DNA of 63,613 bases, the filler included, from Octopus bimaculoides (taxonomy: Eukaryota), in assembly GCF_001194135.2 (NCBI RefSeq). It is 4 parts of 3 records of this genome, joined end to end, with 100 filler letters (N's around TTAATTAATTAA, not from the genome) between each part and the next. Parts side by side here need not be neighbours in the genome. Positions count along the whole stretch, not along the records: positions 12,093 to 33,212 come from NC_068989.1; 3 more parts are not named here. One strand, written 5' to 3'. The translations under genes were made by a program, and so were the position numbers. Within the stretch, counting starts at the first letter, position 1, and every line of letters starts with the position of its first letter. This document shows positions 13,810-27,404 of the stretch, piece by piece. The notes under the pieces are model-generated. The model was not told the origin of the DNA and searched no databases. It saw only the letters and a list, made by a program, of their open reading frames with translations.

Positions 13810-14544
13810 CAGATAGTTTACTAAACGAGTACCGTGAATAAATACAAGCATACAAAGCTAGATAGATTTGATTGGTGTATCGGGGACATATGTGTGGGAT
13901 GGCGAACAGCATTATATAATTCTCTCGTTACTTTTGTTGTTCTGTAATCTTTATGACTCAAATACTTAGGGAGAGTAGATTTGTTACACTTTCTCATCTT
14001 TCCGCTTCATTAACCATCGAATTGAAATAACTTTTTTATATTCTTAACGAAATAAAATGAACCCAAAACACGAGATCAGACTTTCTTTTCAGCGTTACTC
14101 GGGGTTTTATGGCCGTTCTTGTGGATTTTTATCCTGTTGTTGTTATTGTTGTTGTCGTCGTTGTTGTTGTCAGCGTCTTTATTGTTGTTCTTGTCATATT
14201 TTTGTTTTGTTTTTTACTGTGTATTTCTGTTTTTTTTTCTTTTATATGTTTATCTCACCCAATCCACTTTTTTTTCCAATATAAGTTAAGGGCGACAAGG
14301 TGACGAATTGACAAGGCAGTTATAAGAGCGTTAGATAGAATGTCTCTACGTTCTGAGTTCAAATACTGCTGAGGTCAATGACATAGCTAGAGTTGAGTGC
14401 CTTTGAGTTTGTCGGCCTAATCAAGGTCCTATATTGGTTTATACACCAGACCCAGAAGTACCGTCCCCATAAAAGCATCACCTGAGGCAGACCACTCTCG
14501 TCTCTGTCCAGCCCAACTACGCTACTGGCCGACGTCCACATTTT

Positions 14545-14760
14545 TTTTCTTTCTGCTATAGGCACAAGTCCTGAAATTTAAGGGGAGAGGTCTAGTTGAT
14601 AATATCGACCCCAGAGTTCAACTGGTATATATTACATCAACCCTGCAAGGATAAAAAGGCAATTTCGGTCTTGGTGGAATTTGAACTTAGAACGCAAATC
14701 TGGAAGAAATGCCGCTAAGCATTTTGCCGACCGTGCTAATGATTCTGCCAGCTTGCCGGT
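14545..14760 (-). mobile_element. SINE family A
   Basis: Reverse complement of the family A head (ctggcagaatcattagcacg...aaatgcttagcggc) and core. Confidence 0.85.
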
Positions 14761-15262
14761 GGATTGGCGGAATTGTTAAAGGGTGCGGCAAGAAGTATTG
14801 GATTATCTAATCTAGCTCTTTGCATGCTGACAACGTTTGCGATGACACTGTTGTCAAGATGTATTAGACTTAAGATGGTGGACTTTCATCTGGATAACAT
14901 CGGTGACGTTGAGAAGGAAACTATTTCGCAGCAGAATCTTGTAAGCAGGGGCAACTGCCAGTCTCCTTAAAGCAAAGGCTAGAACAACAACAACAACAAC
15001 AATAACAATAATAATAATAATAATAATAATAAACCTAGCTGTTTCTTGAAATACATATTAATACATACATCTAAAGTATAATTTTTCAGAGGCCCTTAAA
15101 ATACTATTGTAGCTCCCCAATTTACTATTTTGTTGTGTGGACCTCCAAAAGCCTTAAATGGACCCCGCTTATGAACCACTGTTCTAGACATAGACGATCA
15201 GGCTGCCCCTGTACTGTGTGCCTAGAGACATTTATTCTGGTCAAATACAGAGAAATGGTAAG

Positions 15263-15419
15263 CAGTGCTGTCTTAAGGGTACACTGGACAGTTGCCCATA
15301 GTTCCCAACGAGTCCAGGGGCCAAATTCTGATCTCTGTTATATCTTGCTGTCAATAAGTACTGACAACCCAAATGCATTGATTTACTCAGAGGACTATGA
15401 TGCTGCTAAAACGGCCATG
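15263..15419. mobile_element. Short hAT (Tip100-like) MITE, degenerate
   Basis: Imperfect TIRs cagtgctgtcttaag and ctaaaacggccatg; the 8-bp flanks match at only 5/8. Confidence 0.4.
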
Positions 15420-15478
15420 CTGGTGTGTATTGTTTTACAGATTATAGCAATTTCTCCAGTTTTAATATTCATAGAGAA

Positions 15479-15694
15479 AATAAAGGCGATGAACTGGCAG
15501 AAACGTTAGTACGCCGGATAAAATACTTATCGGCATTTCGTCCGTCTTTGCGCTCTGAGTTCAAATTCCACCGAGGTTGATTTTGCCTTTCATCCTTTCG
15601 AAGTTGATGAAATAAGTACCAGTTGAACACTAGGGTCAATGTAATCGACTTAGCCCCTCCCTAATACTTACTAGCCTTGAGCCAAAATTTGAAA
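15479..15694 (+). mobile_element. SINE family A, full length
   Basis: Family A head and core, flanked by a 17-bp TSD ttaatattcatagagaa (15462-15478 and 15695-15711). Confidence 0.92.
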
Positions 15695-16663
15695 TTAATA
15701 TTCATAGAGAAGGTATCAGTCACATAAATAAGCAAAAATATTTGAACGATGACGCATCATGTCAAAGGCATGTTCGAATCCTAAATACGTATTTTCATTT
15801 CAGATATTTATAGTAATCCAACTTCAAGTTGCCGCTATAACCGGTAGAGCACTGGTCCATACTAAGGCATTTTGCTCTTGGTACATTAAAAGCGCGCGAA
15901 ACCTTCATTTATTACATAACAGGATGTTGTATCATTCAATAGCTTCGTGATCACTGTATGTTTCGGTATACTGATTGCATGACAAAATTGAGCGCGCGCG
16001 CGCGCGTGTATGTTTGTGAATTTGCAGGGATACCAGGCGGATACCGGGCTTGCATTTAGTTCAGTTCCAGATACCGGCTAACACAACGGTCTGTATTCTA
16101 TGCCTTTACCTATAATAAGTTGTTAGACATTAATAAATTTCCTCGTTGCGCCATTCCGTGTGTCATACTCAGGATTGCAAATATTCCGTAGCGCGTAAAA
16201 TAATAATAATAATAAAGAGAATGGAGATTTGCACATCGGTAATTTATTTTACAGTTATTTACAGCATATTACCATGACCTACACGTGTTTCCACTGCATC
16301 GACCGTACACTGTTGCAGATGCAAACTTACAATATTGTCAGTGCAGTTTCATCGGGCTCTGTACCTTAGGTCCAGTTTAATTCGGAGTGGACCTCTGTGA
16401 TCTTGAACAAAAACAGACATCCTTTCGGCTTTCTTACCTCTGACCCGGCTGAACATGTGACAGCCAGAGCGAGAAAGAACTACACTAGCATCTTAGCAAG
16501 AGTTCCATTTTATATAGCCTATGCAAGAATCGAACGAACGATCTTATGTTCCGCGCCTTCAAGACCTCTCGGTCAACTACAAACACACACACACACGCAC
16601 ACACATTGACTAACCCTACTTCTCCTTTGTCACTGACACATACATACATACATACATACATAC

Positions 16664-17035
16664 ATGTTGTTGTTGGCACTCCGTCGCTTACGACGTCGAG
16701 GGTTCCAGTTGATCCGATCAACGGAACAGCTCGTGAAATTAACGTGCAAGTGGCTGAGCACTCCACAGACACGTGTACCCTTAACGTAGTTCTCGGTGAT
16801 ATTCAACGTGTCACAGTGTGACAAGGCTGACCCTTTGAATTACAGGCACAACAGAAACAGGAAGATAGAGTGAGAGAAAGTTGTAGTGGAAGAGTACAGC
16901 AGGGTTCACCACCATCCCCTGCCGGAGCCTTGTTGAGCTTTAGGTGTTTTCGCTCAATAAACACTCACGACGCCCGGTCTGGGAATCGAAGCCGCGAGTC
17001 CGCTGCCCTAACCACTGGGCCATTGCGCCCCCCAC
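16664..17035 (-). mobile_element. tRNA-derived SINE family C inserted in (TACA)n
   Basis: A box TGGCCCAGTGG and B box TTCGATTCC on the minus strand; highly similar to 45628-46019. Confidence 0.9.
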
Positions 17036-17608
17036 TACATACATACATACATACATACATACATACATACATACATACATACATACATACATACATACAT
17101 AGAGATACGTACGCATGCACTCACATATATAACACAATGAAGGCGGTGCTCCTGCATAAGGTTTAACGATGATGGCTGAAAATTAAAAAAAACTATAGAA
17201 CATACATCCATTCATACATACCTTCATTTACATATACTATACAAGGGGGACTATAGCGCACCCCTTTGACAAGTACATATACAGTGAACTGCATGTATAT
17301 TCACAAAAATACAAATGCACACATATCTACATACACACATAAACCGTTATTTCAAAACAACTTCTTGCGTAGAGAGCATCTTTGATTTTTTTTATTGGCA
17401 TCACTTTGACAAAGCATAACTGTGGAAGGAAAAACGATCCTCGCTGTGTCTCTCTCTCCTCCTCTCTATCTATTTATCTATCTATCTATCTATCCATCTA
17501 TCTAACGATATATCTCTATCTATCTCCCTCACTCTCTCACTTTTTCTTTTTCTCTTCCGTTCTTTCTCTCTCTATCTCTCCTTCGACTTTTCTTTTTTCT
17601 ATTTCTTT

Positions 17609-17662
<54 letters not shown>

Positions 17663-18499
17663 ATCTCTCTCTCTCATCTCTCTGTCTCTTTTATTCCATG
17701 ATGCTTCCCCTCTTCCCCTCTATCTCACTCAGACACACACTCTCTATCAATCCCTATCTCTCTCAACTATCTCCCTATATTTCGCTCTCTATTTGTCTCC
17801 CTCTCTCTTCGTCTTTGTCTGCGACCCCCCCCCCCCNNNNNNNNNNNNNNNNNNNNNNNNNNNNNNNNNNNNNNNNNNNNNNNNNNNNNNNNNNNNNNNN
17901 NNNNNNNNNNNNNNNNNNNNNNNNNNNNNNNNNNNNNNNNNNNNNNNNNNNNNNNNNNNNNNNNNNNNNNNNNNNNNNNNNNNNNNNNNNNNNNNNNNNN
18001 NNNNNNNNNNNNNNNNNNNNNNNNNNNNNNNNNNNNNNNNNNNNNNNNNNNNNNNNNNNNNNNNNNNNNNAATGCATTTCTGTATGCGTGTGTGTATACA
18101 TACATACCTATATATATATATGTAAGTATCTGTGTATGAATGTATGAATGAAAGTTTGTGTGTGTGTGTGTGTGTATCATCATTTGTATTATTATTATAT
18201 ATATATATATATACATATAGAAAGAGAGAGAGAGCGGGGAGAGAAAGATATAATACATATACACATACATACAAACGCATACACTTCTATATGTATACAC
18301 ATATATAGGTATGTACATGCATGCATATACATACATTTATACTCACATACATACGCATATACACGCATGCACATACATACATACATACATACATACATAC
18401 ATACATACATACACACATACATAGCCCTAAATCTTTGATCCGTATTTATAGACCACTTTGGTAAAGGTTTAGATGAAAATATATCTTGATACATTCTAA

Positions 18500-18730
18500 G
18501 GAAAATGGCAGGATCATTAGCGCTCCGGACAAAATGCTTAGCAGCGTTTTGTCCGTCTTTACGTTCTGAGTTCAAATTCTGCCGAGGTCAACTTTGCCTT
18601 TCATTCTTCCGAGATCGATAAAATAAGTACCAGTCAAATACTAAGGTCGATGTCATTGGTTTGACCCTTCCCTATAATTGCTGGCCCAGTGCCAAAATTT
18701 GAAACCATTATTATTATTATTATTATTATG
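18500..18730 (+). mobile_element. SINE family A with (TAT)n tail
   Basis: Family A head and core. Confidence 0.88.
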
Positions 18731-19194
18731 ATTGTTATTATTGATGTTGTGTGTGTGCGCGGCGCGTGCGAAGGTGATGATCTCTCCTTCGATGTCGACG
18801 TATGAACGTCCAGCTGTTCGATAATGTGAATCTGTATGCAAAGTGACAGCGTATTTCACATATACATCCACCTTAACGTAATTCTCAACTAGAACTAATG
18901 TAACGTTGTGTGATAAGGCTGGACCTTAAAGTTACAGTTAGAACCGATCTGAGGGACTTCCACACAGTTTCCGTAATTTCACTCACATGACACATGTCGT
19001 TCGGGAGCCTTAGTAAAAAATATTCAAAAAATCTATGCTGTGGGATCGAAATTGGTACCACCTGGTCACGAAATGAACTGTCTGGTAGTTCTCAGAGGAA
19101 TTTGCTCAGTTGTATTTAGGGACATTTCGGGAGTCATTTTCCGCCTTGATTTGTTACGAGATGACATGGAATAGAGCAGGGCCAGTTGAGTTTT

Positions 19195-19465
19195 TAAAAA
19201 TAGTAATAATTCATTCTATTATAGGCACAAAGCCTGAAATTTGGTGATGGGAGTAGTCGATTACATAGACCCCAGTACTTGAGTGGTACATATTCGACCG
19301 ACCCTGAAAAGGTGAAAGGCAAAGTCGACCTCCGTGGCATTTGAACTTTGAAAATAAAGACGGACGAAATACCACAAAGTACTTTGTGGGGTCGAATAGA
19401 TAAGTACCAATGAAGTACTCCCTCACATAAAACTGTTGACCTTGAACCAAAATTTGGAACCATTT
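19195..19465. mobile_element. SINE family A (minus) fused to an opposite-strand family A 3' fragment
   Basis: Minus copy at 19200-19380, then plus-strand ggggtcgaatagataagtacc...gaaccaaaatttggaacc. Confidence 0.7.
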
Positions 19466-19479
19466 ATTTATACTTTTTG

Positions 19480-20830
19480 TAATTGCTGTCCGAGTTGCTT
19501 AAGGTTCTCATGATATCTTGTTTAGTGGAATCGAGTAAAGGCAGAGAATAGAAGGATGATAGCATCTGGATCTCTGGATGTAAAGTTCTGAGGGCCCAAA
19601 AACTCATCTTGCCAGTTCTATCAAGTTTAGTGTTGATATGGGTACTCCATCTGAAGTTGTTGTCGGTTACTCCTGAGTTTCTTATATTTAAAATAAATAA
19701 ATGCGCCCTTTTAAAGCCTAGCCAGGCTCATGGGCCCGGTTTCCCGGTTTCAATGGCGTATGTGTTCCCCAGGTGGACGGGACACCAGTCCATCGCAGCG
19801 TTACTCATTTTTGCCAGCTGAGTGGACTGGAGCAACGTGAAATGAAGTGTTTTGCTCAAGAACACAGCGCGTCGCCCGGTCCAGGAATCGAAACCACAAT
19901 CTTACGGTTATGGTGCTGACACCCTAACCACTAAGCCACGCGCCTCCACTTTCTTATATTTATCTTGAGGGAAAAGAATATGGCTGTTTAAATACGGTCT
20001 GTTTCCAAACTGGATGAGTTCTTTTTCTCCCCAGTTTATCAGCATATTGCTTTGTTTTTGCTATATTTTGTGGGAAGGAGGGCCATCCATTGAGATACAG
20101 CATGTAGGTCTGATTGGAGTTTCAACCTGTCATCGGCTCAGTTGATAATTTTCCGAAGAGAAGAGTCGCTTCAGAAAGTTATCGACAGACCTGTCTCTGA
20201 TTACACTCATGATGCCATATACGCGAATTACAACGAGAAGTAAGCTCACCACTAGTGACTTTGAGCGACTTGAGTGGATTCCATCCATCACAACGTATTG
20301 GGTTTTGCTTACAATGAAACACTTAATATAGAGCAATGGTTTTCCACGGAGTTGTAAGTTTTAACAACAAAATGCTGTAATCGACATGGTCGAAGGCCTG
20401 ACTGAAGTCGAAGTATTTAACAATTGTTTGAGCTCTTTCCTAAAACTTTTAAAATGTCGTCAAAGTATCATAGGAGTTCTATTAAGCGGCCCCGTGCTTC
20501 ATCAAAAACCAGGCTGTTTTGAAATTTAGAAGATTGTTGCTCTGCAGAAAGTCAGTCGCTCTCGATCTTACAACCCTCTCAAGAACTTTAATGACATGAA
20601 ACGTGAGATTGAGCGGCAGTTTATTGGAAGCTACTTAGTTCCCTTTTTCAAGACTAGGATGAAGGATTGTGGTTCAGCAATTCAACCCTCTATGTGCGTG
20701 AGATCTATTTTTAAATATTGACTGATGTGTTGACGTCTTACGCTTTTAGTAGGAATGTTGAAGAGAAGGTGGGTGTTTAATGCAGTTTCAAGGGCCTTGA
20801 ATTATACCTATTGGTAGATTTGAAAGCTTA
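19480..20830 (-). mobile_element. CR1-clade LINE RT region, decayed, interrupted by a SINE
   Basis: Minus-strand remnants NYRPISL..VLERIVR..FLQSNNLL, KQPYSFP (the same segment as 10.6 kb) and GVTDNNFRWSTHIN..WALRT. Confidence 0.7.
19690..19949 (-). mobile_element. Intact tRNA-derived SINE family D
   Basis: A box TGGCTTAGTGG, B box GGTTTCGATTCC, A-rich tail and a 12-bp TSD tttcttatattt (19678-19689 and 19950-19961). Confidence 0.93.
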
Positions 20831-20981
20831 GGTCGGCTTTCATATATTCTTAGCAAATAATAAAATAAACACCATCCCCGAGTAAAACAATAAAGAAAAG
20901 CTATCTGTTTGGCTGCTCTTTTATAGAAGTACTTTGCTCTATCGATCTGTCTGTCTATCTATGTACACACACACACACACA

Positions 20982-21068
<87 letters not shown>

Positions 21069-21157
21069 ATATGTGTGTGTGTGTGTGTTTCATATATGAT
21101 GTATATATGTATTACATATATTTATGTGAGTGTGTGTATACAAAGATNNNNNNNNNN

Positions 21158-21208
<51 letters not shown>

Positions 21209-21284
21209 ACACATATACACACACATATACACACACACACATTAATGTATATGCGTACATACATAAATTCATAATAGTTAAAAC

Positions 21285-21458
21285 TTTTCGCATGGGGCCA
21301 GCAATTTCAAGGGAGGTTCAACTGATATTTATTTTATCGACCCCGAAAGGATGAAAGGCAGAATCGACCTCGGTAGAATTCAAACTCAGAACGTAAAACC
21401 GGATGAAACGCCGCTAAGCATTTTGTCCGGAGTGCTAACGATTCTGCCAGCTCGCTGT
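21285..21458 (-). mobile_element. SINE family A
   Basis: Reverse complement of the family A head and core. Confidence 0.85.
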
Positions 21459-22382
21459 CTTACATACATACGTAACATAAAATACTATAATACAAAGAAT
21501 ATTACATACATACATAATATAAAACACTATAATACAAAAAATATTTCTGAAAATACACCAAAATGTACTTTCGTGTAACGGTTCAAAAAAACTTTGTGAT
21601 ATACGAATGTTGTGCGTGTGCATACATGTGTGTACTTCTGTGTAATGTATATGAACATGTATATGTGTATGTAAGTGCTTGAGTGATGTGTGAGTATGTA
21701 TGTATGTATGTGTATTTAGGTGTAAGTGTGTATGTATGTAAGTGTATGTGTGCGCGGGTGCATGTGTACCCAGATCACGCAAGACGGTTTATTCCGTTGG
21801 GTCTGATTCATTCATTCATTATGTAGGGTTTCACCGGTTAACGATCACTGTTCCCCCACCCCCTCGTTCCTCATCCTTCACCGCCACCTGAAACCCCCNN
21901 NNNNNNNNNNNNNNNNNNNNNNNNNNNNNNNNNNNNNNNNNNNNNNNNNNNNNNNNNNNNNNNNNNNNNNNNNNNNNNNNNNNNNNNNNNNNNNNNNNNN
22001 NNNNNNNNNNNNNNNNNNNNNNNNNNNNNNNNNNNNNNNNNNNNNNNNNNNNNNNNNNNNNNNNNNNNNNNNNNNNNNNNNNNNNNNNNNNNNNNNNNNN
22101 NNNNNNNNNNNNNNNNNNNNNNNNNNNNNNNNNNNNNNNNNNNNNNNNNNNNNNNNNNNNNNNNNNNNNNNNNNNNNNNNNNNNNNNNNNNNNNNNNNNN
22201 NNNNNNNNNNNNNNNNNNNNNNNNNNNNNNNNNNNNNNNNNNNNNNNNNNNNNNNNNNNNNNNNNNNNNNNNNNNNNNNNNNNNNNNNNNNNNNNNNNNN
22301 NNNNNNNNNNNNNNNNNNNNNNNNNNNNNNNNNNNNNNNNNNNNNNNNNNNGCCCTCCTCTTTCGCTCTTTTTTTATTCAAT

Positions 22383-22538
22383 CATCTTCACGTCACCAAT
22401 ACCATCAGCACCACGCTCACACCATCAGCTGCACTACCACCGCCACCACTGCCACCACTACCACCACAGCTACCAACGACGACAGCAACAACAACAACTA
22501 TTACAAACACCACTCTCACCAATAAAACCACCACCACC

Positions 22539-22572
<34 letters not shown>

Positions 22573-22614
22573 TCACTATCAAGAACATCGTCACCATCAC
22601 TATCGTCATCACAC
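22383..22614. repeat. (CAC)/(CAT)/(CAA) trinucleotide low-complexity tract
   Basis: Directly visible between two gaps. Confidence 0.85.
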
Positions 22615-23659
22615 NNNNNNNNNNNNNNNNNNNNNNNNNNNNNNNNNNNNNNNNNNNNNNNNNNNNNNNNNNNNNNNNNNNNNNNNNNNNNNNNNNNNNN
22701 NNNNNNNNNNNNNNNNNNNNNNNNNNNNNNNNNNNNNNNNNNNNNNNNNNNNNNNNNNNNNNNNNNNNNNNNNNNNNNNNNNNNNNNNNNNNNNNNNNNN
22801 NNNNNNNNNNNNNNNNNNNNNNNNNNNNNNNNNNNNNNNNNNNNNNNNNNNNNNNNNNNNNNNNNNNNNNNNNNNNNNNNNNNNNNNNNNNNNNNNNNNN
22901 NNNNNNNNNNNNNNNNNNNNNNNNNNNNNNNNNNNNNNNNNNNNNNNNNNNNNNNNNNNNNNNNNNNNNNNNNNNNNNNNNNNNNNNNNNNNNNNNNNNN
23001 NNNNNNNNNNNNNNNNNNNNNNNNNNNNNNNNNNNNNNNNNNNNNNNNNNNNNNNNNNNNNNNNNNNNNNNNNNNNNNNNNNNNNNNNNNNNNNNNNNNN
23101 NNNNNNNNNNNNNNNNNNNNNNNNNNNNNNNNNNNNNNNNNNNNNNNNNNNNNNNNNNNNNNNNNNNNNNNNNNNNNNNNNNNNNNNNNNNNNNNNNNNN
23201 NNNNNNNNNNNNNNNNNNNNNNNNNNNNNNNNNNNNNNNNNNNNNNNNNNNNNNNNNNNNNNNNNNNNNNNNNNNNNNNNNNNNNNNNNNNNNNNNNNNN
23301 NNNNNNNNNNNNNNNNNNNNNNNNNNNNNNNNNNNNNNNNNNNNNNNNNNNNNNNNNNNNNNNNNNNNNNNNNNNNNNNNNNNNNNNNNNNNNNNNNNNN
23401 NNNNNNNNNNNNNNNNNNNNNNNNNNNNNNNNNNNNNNNNNNNNNNNNNNNNNNNNNNNNNNNNNNNNNNNNNNNNNNNNNNNNNNNNATATGTTAGGTT
23501 CAAATGTTCGACGTACACGAAACCACCGATTTATTCAGTCGCTTCTCAGAATTTCTTACTTAATGCAATGTTTCGGACTACGATAGAGATGAATCTAATA
23601 GGACAAAATTCTGTCAGAGATCTTCAAAGAGGATAGTTACCTCAAATGCACACTGAGCC

Positions 23660-24300
23660 ACCTTCAGCCAGACCCACTTTCTCAACAACTAACGACAATC
23701 TTGCAATTCATATACCTAGGCACTATAATTTCCAATGGCTGCGCATAGAACAAGGATATATAAATAGCCTCATGCAAGCTCCTGTATTTTTTTGAAAGGC
23801 TCAGAAAGATAATCTTTCTAAATCATATCTCAGTCTCCAAACTAAGATCATCGACTACCAGGCAGTCTGCGTTCCCATTCTACAACATACGAACAAGTTA
23901 TAAACCATATACAGTCGAAAATTAAAACCACGGGACCTTTAACGTTTAGTTTTTCAAGAAGATTCTATTTCAAGAAGATCCTTTCGCTCACCGGGCGAGA
24001 TTGGATTACACATATGTTCCCTGTCAAGCCAGTATCTAACCCACACTAAAGCATAGATTAACTGACCTGGCTCGATCATGTTGTGTACATATCTGACCTG
24101 CAATTACAGAGCGCTCCACATCCAACCACTTCGCGACCAATACCTTGTTGGGGGACAACGAAGATAACAGTTAATTGGAAATTACCTTGGAGAGAAGAAA
24201 CCTCGACTTATCAAAGGTGGAAGACATCGGTGCTCACTTTGCTGGTCTCACTATTATGGAGCGTGGTTGAAAATAAGATGAAGCATACTCAGTGCTACCT
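23660..24300 (+). mobile_element. RTE-clade LINE C-terminal fragment, decayed
   Basis: Remnants QFIYLGTIIS, FERLRKIIFLN, SLQTKIIDYQAVCVPIL and LTWLDHV occur in the RTE order. Confidence 0.7.
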
Positions 24301-24370
24301 GGAGAAGTTAGAAAAGAAACACACACATAAAATTACACCTGGCACCTCCAAATGTTTGCAAACGGAACTA

Positions 24371-24660
24371 TCAGGTTGAGTAAAAAGTAAGCAACGTTTT
24401 GAACCATGAAGAATTTGTACTGGATTTTTGCAGAGTTTAAATTTTTTTTTTTTAACAATTTTTTTGCAATTGTCTAAAAATACAGACATAGATGTGTCTA
24501 AATGCATCAATAAACTTACATTGATATTTTTTTCACCGATGTTACAATCATCTGAAATGGAACTATCAAAACGCGACATTCGAGCAATTTTCCTGTTCAA
24601 CTTCAAAAAAGGACGGAAGGCAGTTAAAACTGATCGCGATATCAACGAAACGTTTGACGT
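24371..24660 (+). mobile_element. mariner transposon 5' end (TIR plus transposase N-terminus)
   Basis: TA|TCAGGTTGAGTAAAAAGTAAGCAACGTTTT resembles mariner TIRs. ATG at 24557 gives MELSKRDIRAIFLFNFKKGRKAVKTDRDINETFD, a mariner HTH N-terminus, then truncates. Confidence 0.85.
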
Positions 24661-25924
24661 ATAGTTATTATAAGAAAATAATCATAATTGGATTTNNNNN
24701 NNNNNNNNNNNNNNNNNNNNNNNNNNNNNNNNNNNNNNNNNNNNNNNNNNNNNNNNNNNNNNNNNNNNNNNNNNNNNNNNNNNNNNNNNNNNNNNNNNNN
24801 NNNNNNNNNNNNNNNNNNNNNNNNNNNNNNNNNNNNNNNNNNNNNNNNNNNNNNNNNNNNNNNNNNNNNNNNNNNNNNNNNNNNNNNNNNNNNNNNNNNN
24901 NNNNNNNNNNNNNNNNNNNNNNNNNNNNNNNNNNNNNNNNNNNNNNNNNNNNNNNNNNNNNNNNNNNNNNNNNNNNNNNNNNNNNNNNNNNNNNNNNNNN
25001 NNNNNNNNNNNNNNNNNNNNNNNNNNNNNNNNNNNNNNNNNNNNNNNNNNNNNNNNNNNNNNNNNNNNNNNNNNNNNNNNNNNNNNNNNNNNNNNNNNNN
25101 NNNNNNNNNNNNNNNNNNNNNNNAAGACACTTGCCCATAGTGCTACGCAGTGGGAATGAATCCGGAACCATGTGGCTTCTTTCCACACAGCCACGCCTAC
25201 GCCAATATTCATGTATCTTTTGTGTGTGTGTGTGTTCACGCGCGTGCAGGTGTGTGTGAGAGAGAGAGAGGGCGTGTGTGTGTATGTGTGTATGTGTGTG
25301 TGTGTGTGTGTTCACGCGCGTGCAGGTGTGTGTGTGAGAGAGAGAGGGCGTGTGTGTGTATGTGTGTGTGTGCGCGCGCGCGCGCGTAGGTATGCATGAG
25401 TACATGCCTGTGCATGTATATTTTTGTAGAAATACTTGAGAATGGCCAGTTGTATTTCTTTCAATTTTCGTCACCAAAACAAGGACGGGTCACTTATTTG
25501 GACAGAATCTTTTTTTACATGCAAACAAAACATCAATTCAACTGATTTATTGCTGAGAATAACTGAGAAATATGCAGGCAAATTTTGACCACTCCACAGA
25601 ATACGCTAAGTGGCAATGTTGAACCTGTCAAGTGCAATTTCAGAATAGTGTTAAGAGATTCAGTCATATAACAATTTGATTTATGAATGAATGTTGATCT
25701 TAAAGCATGATTTGACTGCGTATATTTAAATGTGTATTTCTGTCTCGTTGAGTATCTTCAATAGCGTATACTTAGCATGCTTAGACAAAGTCTGTCACCA
25801 CCGATATATAGGATAACAGTGAACAAACAATCATTAGTGTTGCAAATAGCCAGGTGAATAAAAAATTTGCTACATGCAGCATAAGCAATATTAGATTAAA
25901 ATAGTATCATATTTAAAGCAAATA

Positions 25925-26084
25925 GGCTCAGGCGCAGCTGTGTGGAAAGAAGCTTGCTTCCCAACCACATGGTTCCAGGTTCAGTTCCAGTGCGTGGCAC
26001 TTTGGGCAAGTGTCTTCTACTATAGCCTGGGGCCAACCGAAGCCCTATGAGTGGATTTGGTAGACGGAAACTGAAATTAGCACG

Positions 26085-26159
<75 letters not shown>

Positions 26160-26360
26160 TGTGTGTTCATTCTCACCACCGCTTCACAACTGGTGTTGGT
26201 GTGTTTACGTCCCCGTAACTTATTGGTTCGACAAAAGGAATTGATAGAATAAGTATCAAGCTTTAAAAAAAATTACTGGAGTTGATTCACTCGACTAAAA
26301 GTTCTTCAAGGCGTTACCCCTGCATGGCTGCAATCTAATGATTGAAACAGGCAAAAGGAA
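25925..26360 (+). mobile_element. SINE family B with internal (GT)n
   Basis: Head ccaaccacatggttccaggttcagttcc...ggcaagtgtcttctactatagcc and tail cctgcatggctgcaatctaatgattgaaac. Confidence 0.9.
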
Positions 26361-26679
26361 AAAAAAAAAGAAAAAAAATATCGGCAAAATTTACTGCGAT
26401 GTTCGTCCGGAGACATAATAAGCAATATTTACTGGTCGAGTGCAATGCATTTTGTGTCCCGTTTTATGAACATAACTTTATTGTGAAACATTCCCTTCGT
26501 CAGCTGTTAACAAGAGATCACAACGGTTTCTATAACTTCCAACAGTATCACTCTCTTTAGCAGTATCTAAAAGCATTGACCTTACCAGGGAACGTCTGTA
26601 GCTTTTTTTTCAGCCCAAATGTTTTATTCTTGTTGCCATGTATACACCAAATCAAACCAAGAACATTTAGTATCGCTTA

Positions 26680-26865
26680 ACTGTAGAAATGAGTTGCGAC
26701 GTTACTGGCGCCAAGCTGTTTCGGCCTTTGCCTTTCTCTTGGATAACGTCGGTGGTGTGAAGAAGGGAGACCGATAGACATGGACGACTGCTGGTCTTCC
26801 ATAAACAACATTGCCCGGACTTGTGCCTCGGGGGGTAACTTTCTAGGCGCAATCCCATGATCATA
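26680..26865 (+). mobile_element. SINE family E, 3' part
   Basis: Matches 58660-58850 (ctgtagaaat...gccaagct...ctggtcttccataaacaac). Confidence 0.8.
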
Positions 26866-27314
26866 AATGTATGATACACACACACACACACACATGTGTC
26901 TTCGTCCACCCAGTCGGGCTTTGTGTGTATCTGTACAGATCTGATCACTGCTTTCATTTCCAGAAGGTTTCTACCACTTCAACAGCTTTTCTCGCACCTC
27001 ACCGCCTTCTTGTCAACACTACAGGATTGGCTGCACGAACAATGTCTATATTCGTATATATACATATATGTATGGTGAGTGAATGTGTGTGTACGCATGT
27101 GTGTGTGTTTCTGCCTAAGTGCGCATGTTCTTGTGTGTATAAGCATTATTATACTTTTAAACGCTGTGCATTTCTAGACATACATACACACACACACATA
27201 TATACATATACACGTGTTTATATATATATATATATATATATAGGGGAGGGTAAGAGAGAGAGTGTGTGTGTGTCTCCTTAAGTGAATGCTCGTGATTATG
27301 TATATATGTATGCT

Positions 27315-27358
<44 letters not shown>

Positions 27359-27364
27359 AACACA

Positions 27365-27404
<40 letters not shown>

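Noticed and set aside
16981-17035. tRNA gene calls at SINE heads (here, 19880-19949, 45950-46019 and others)
   Set aside because: A and B boxes continue into SINE bodies with TSDs, and no complete acceptor stem is present.
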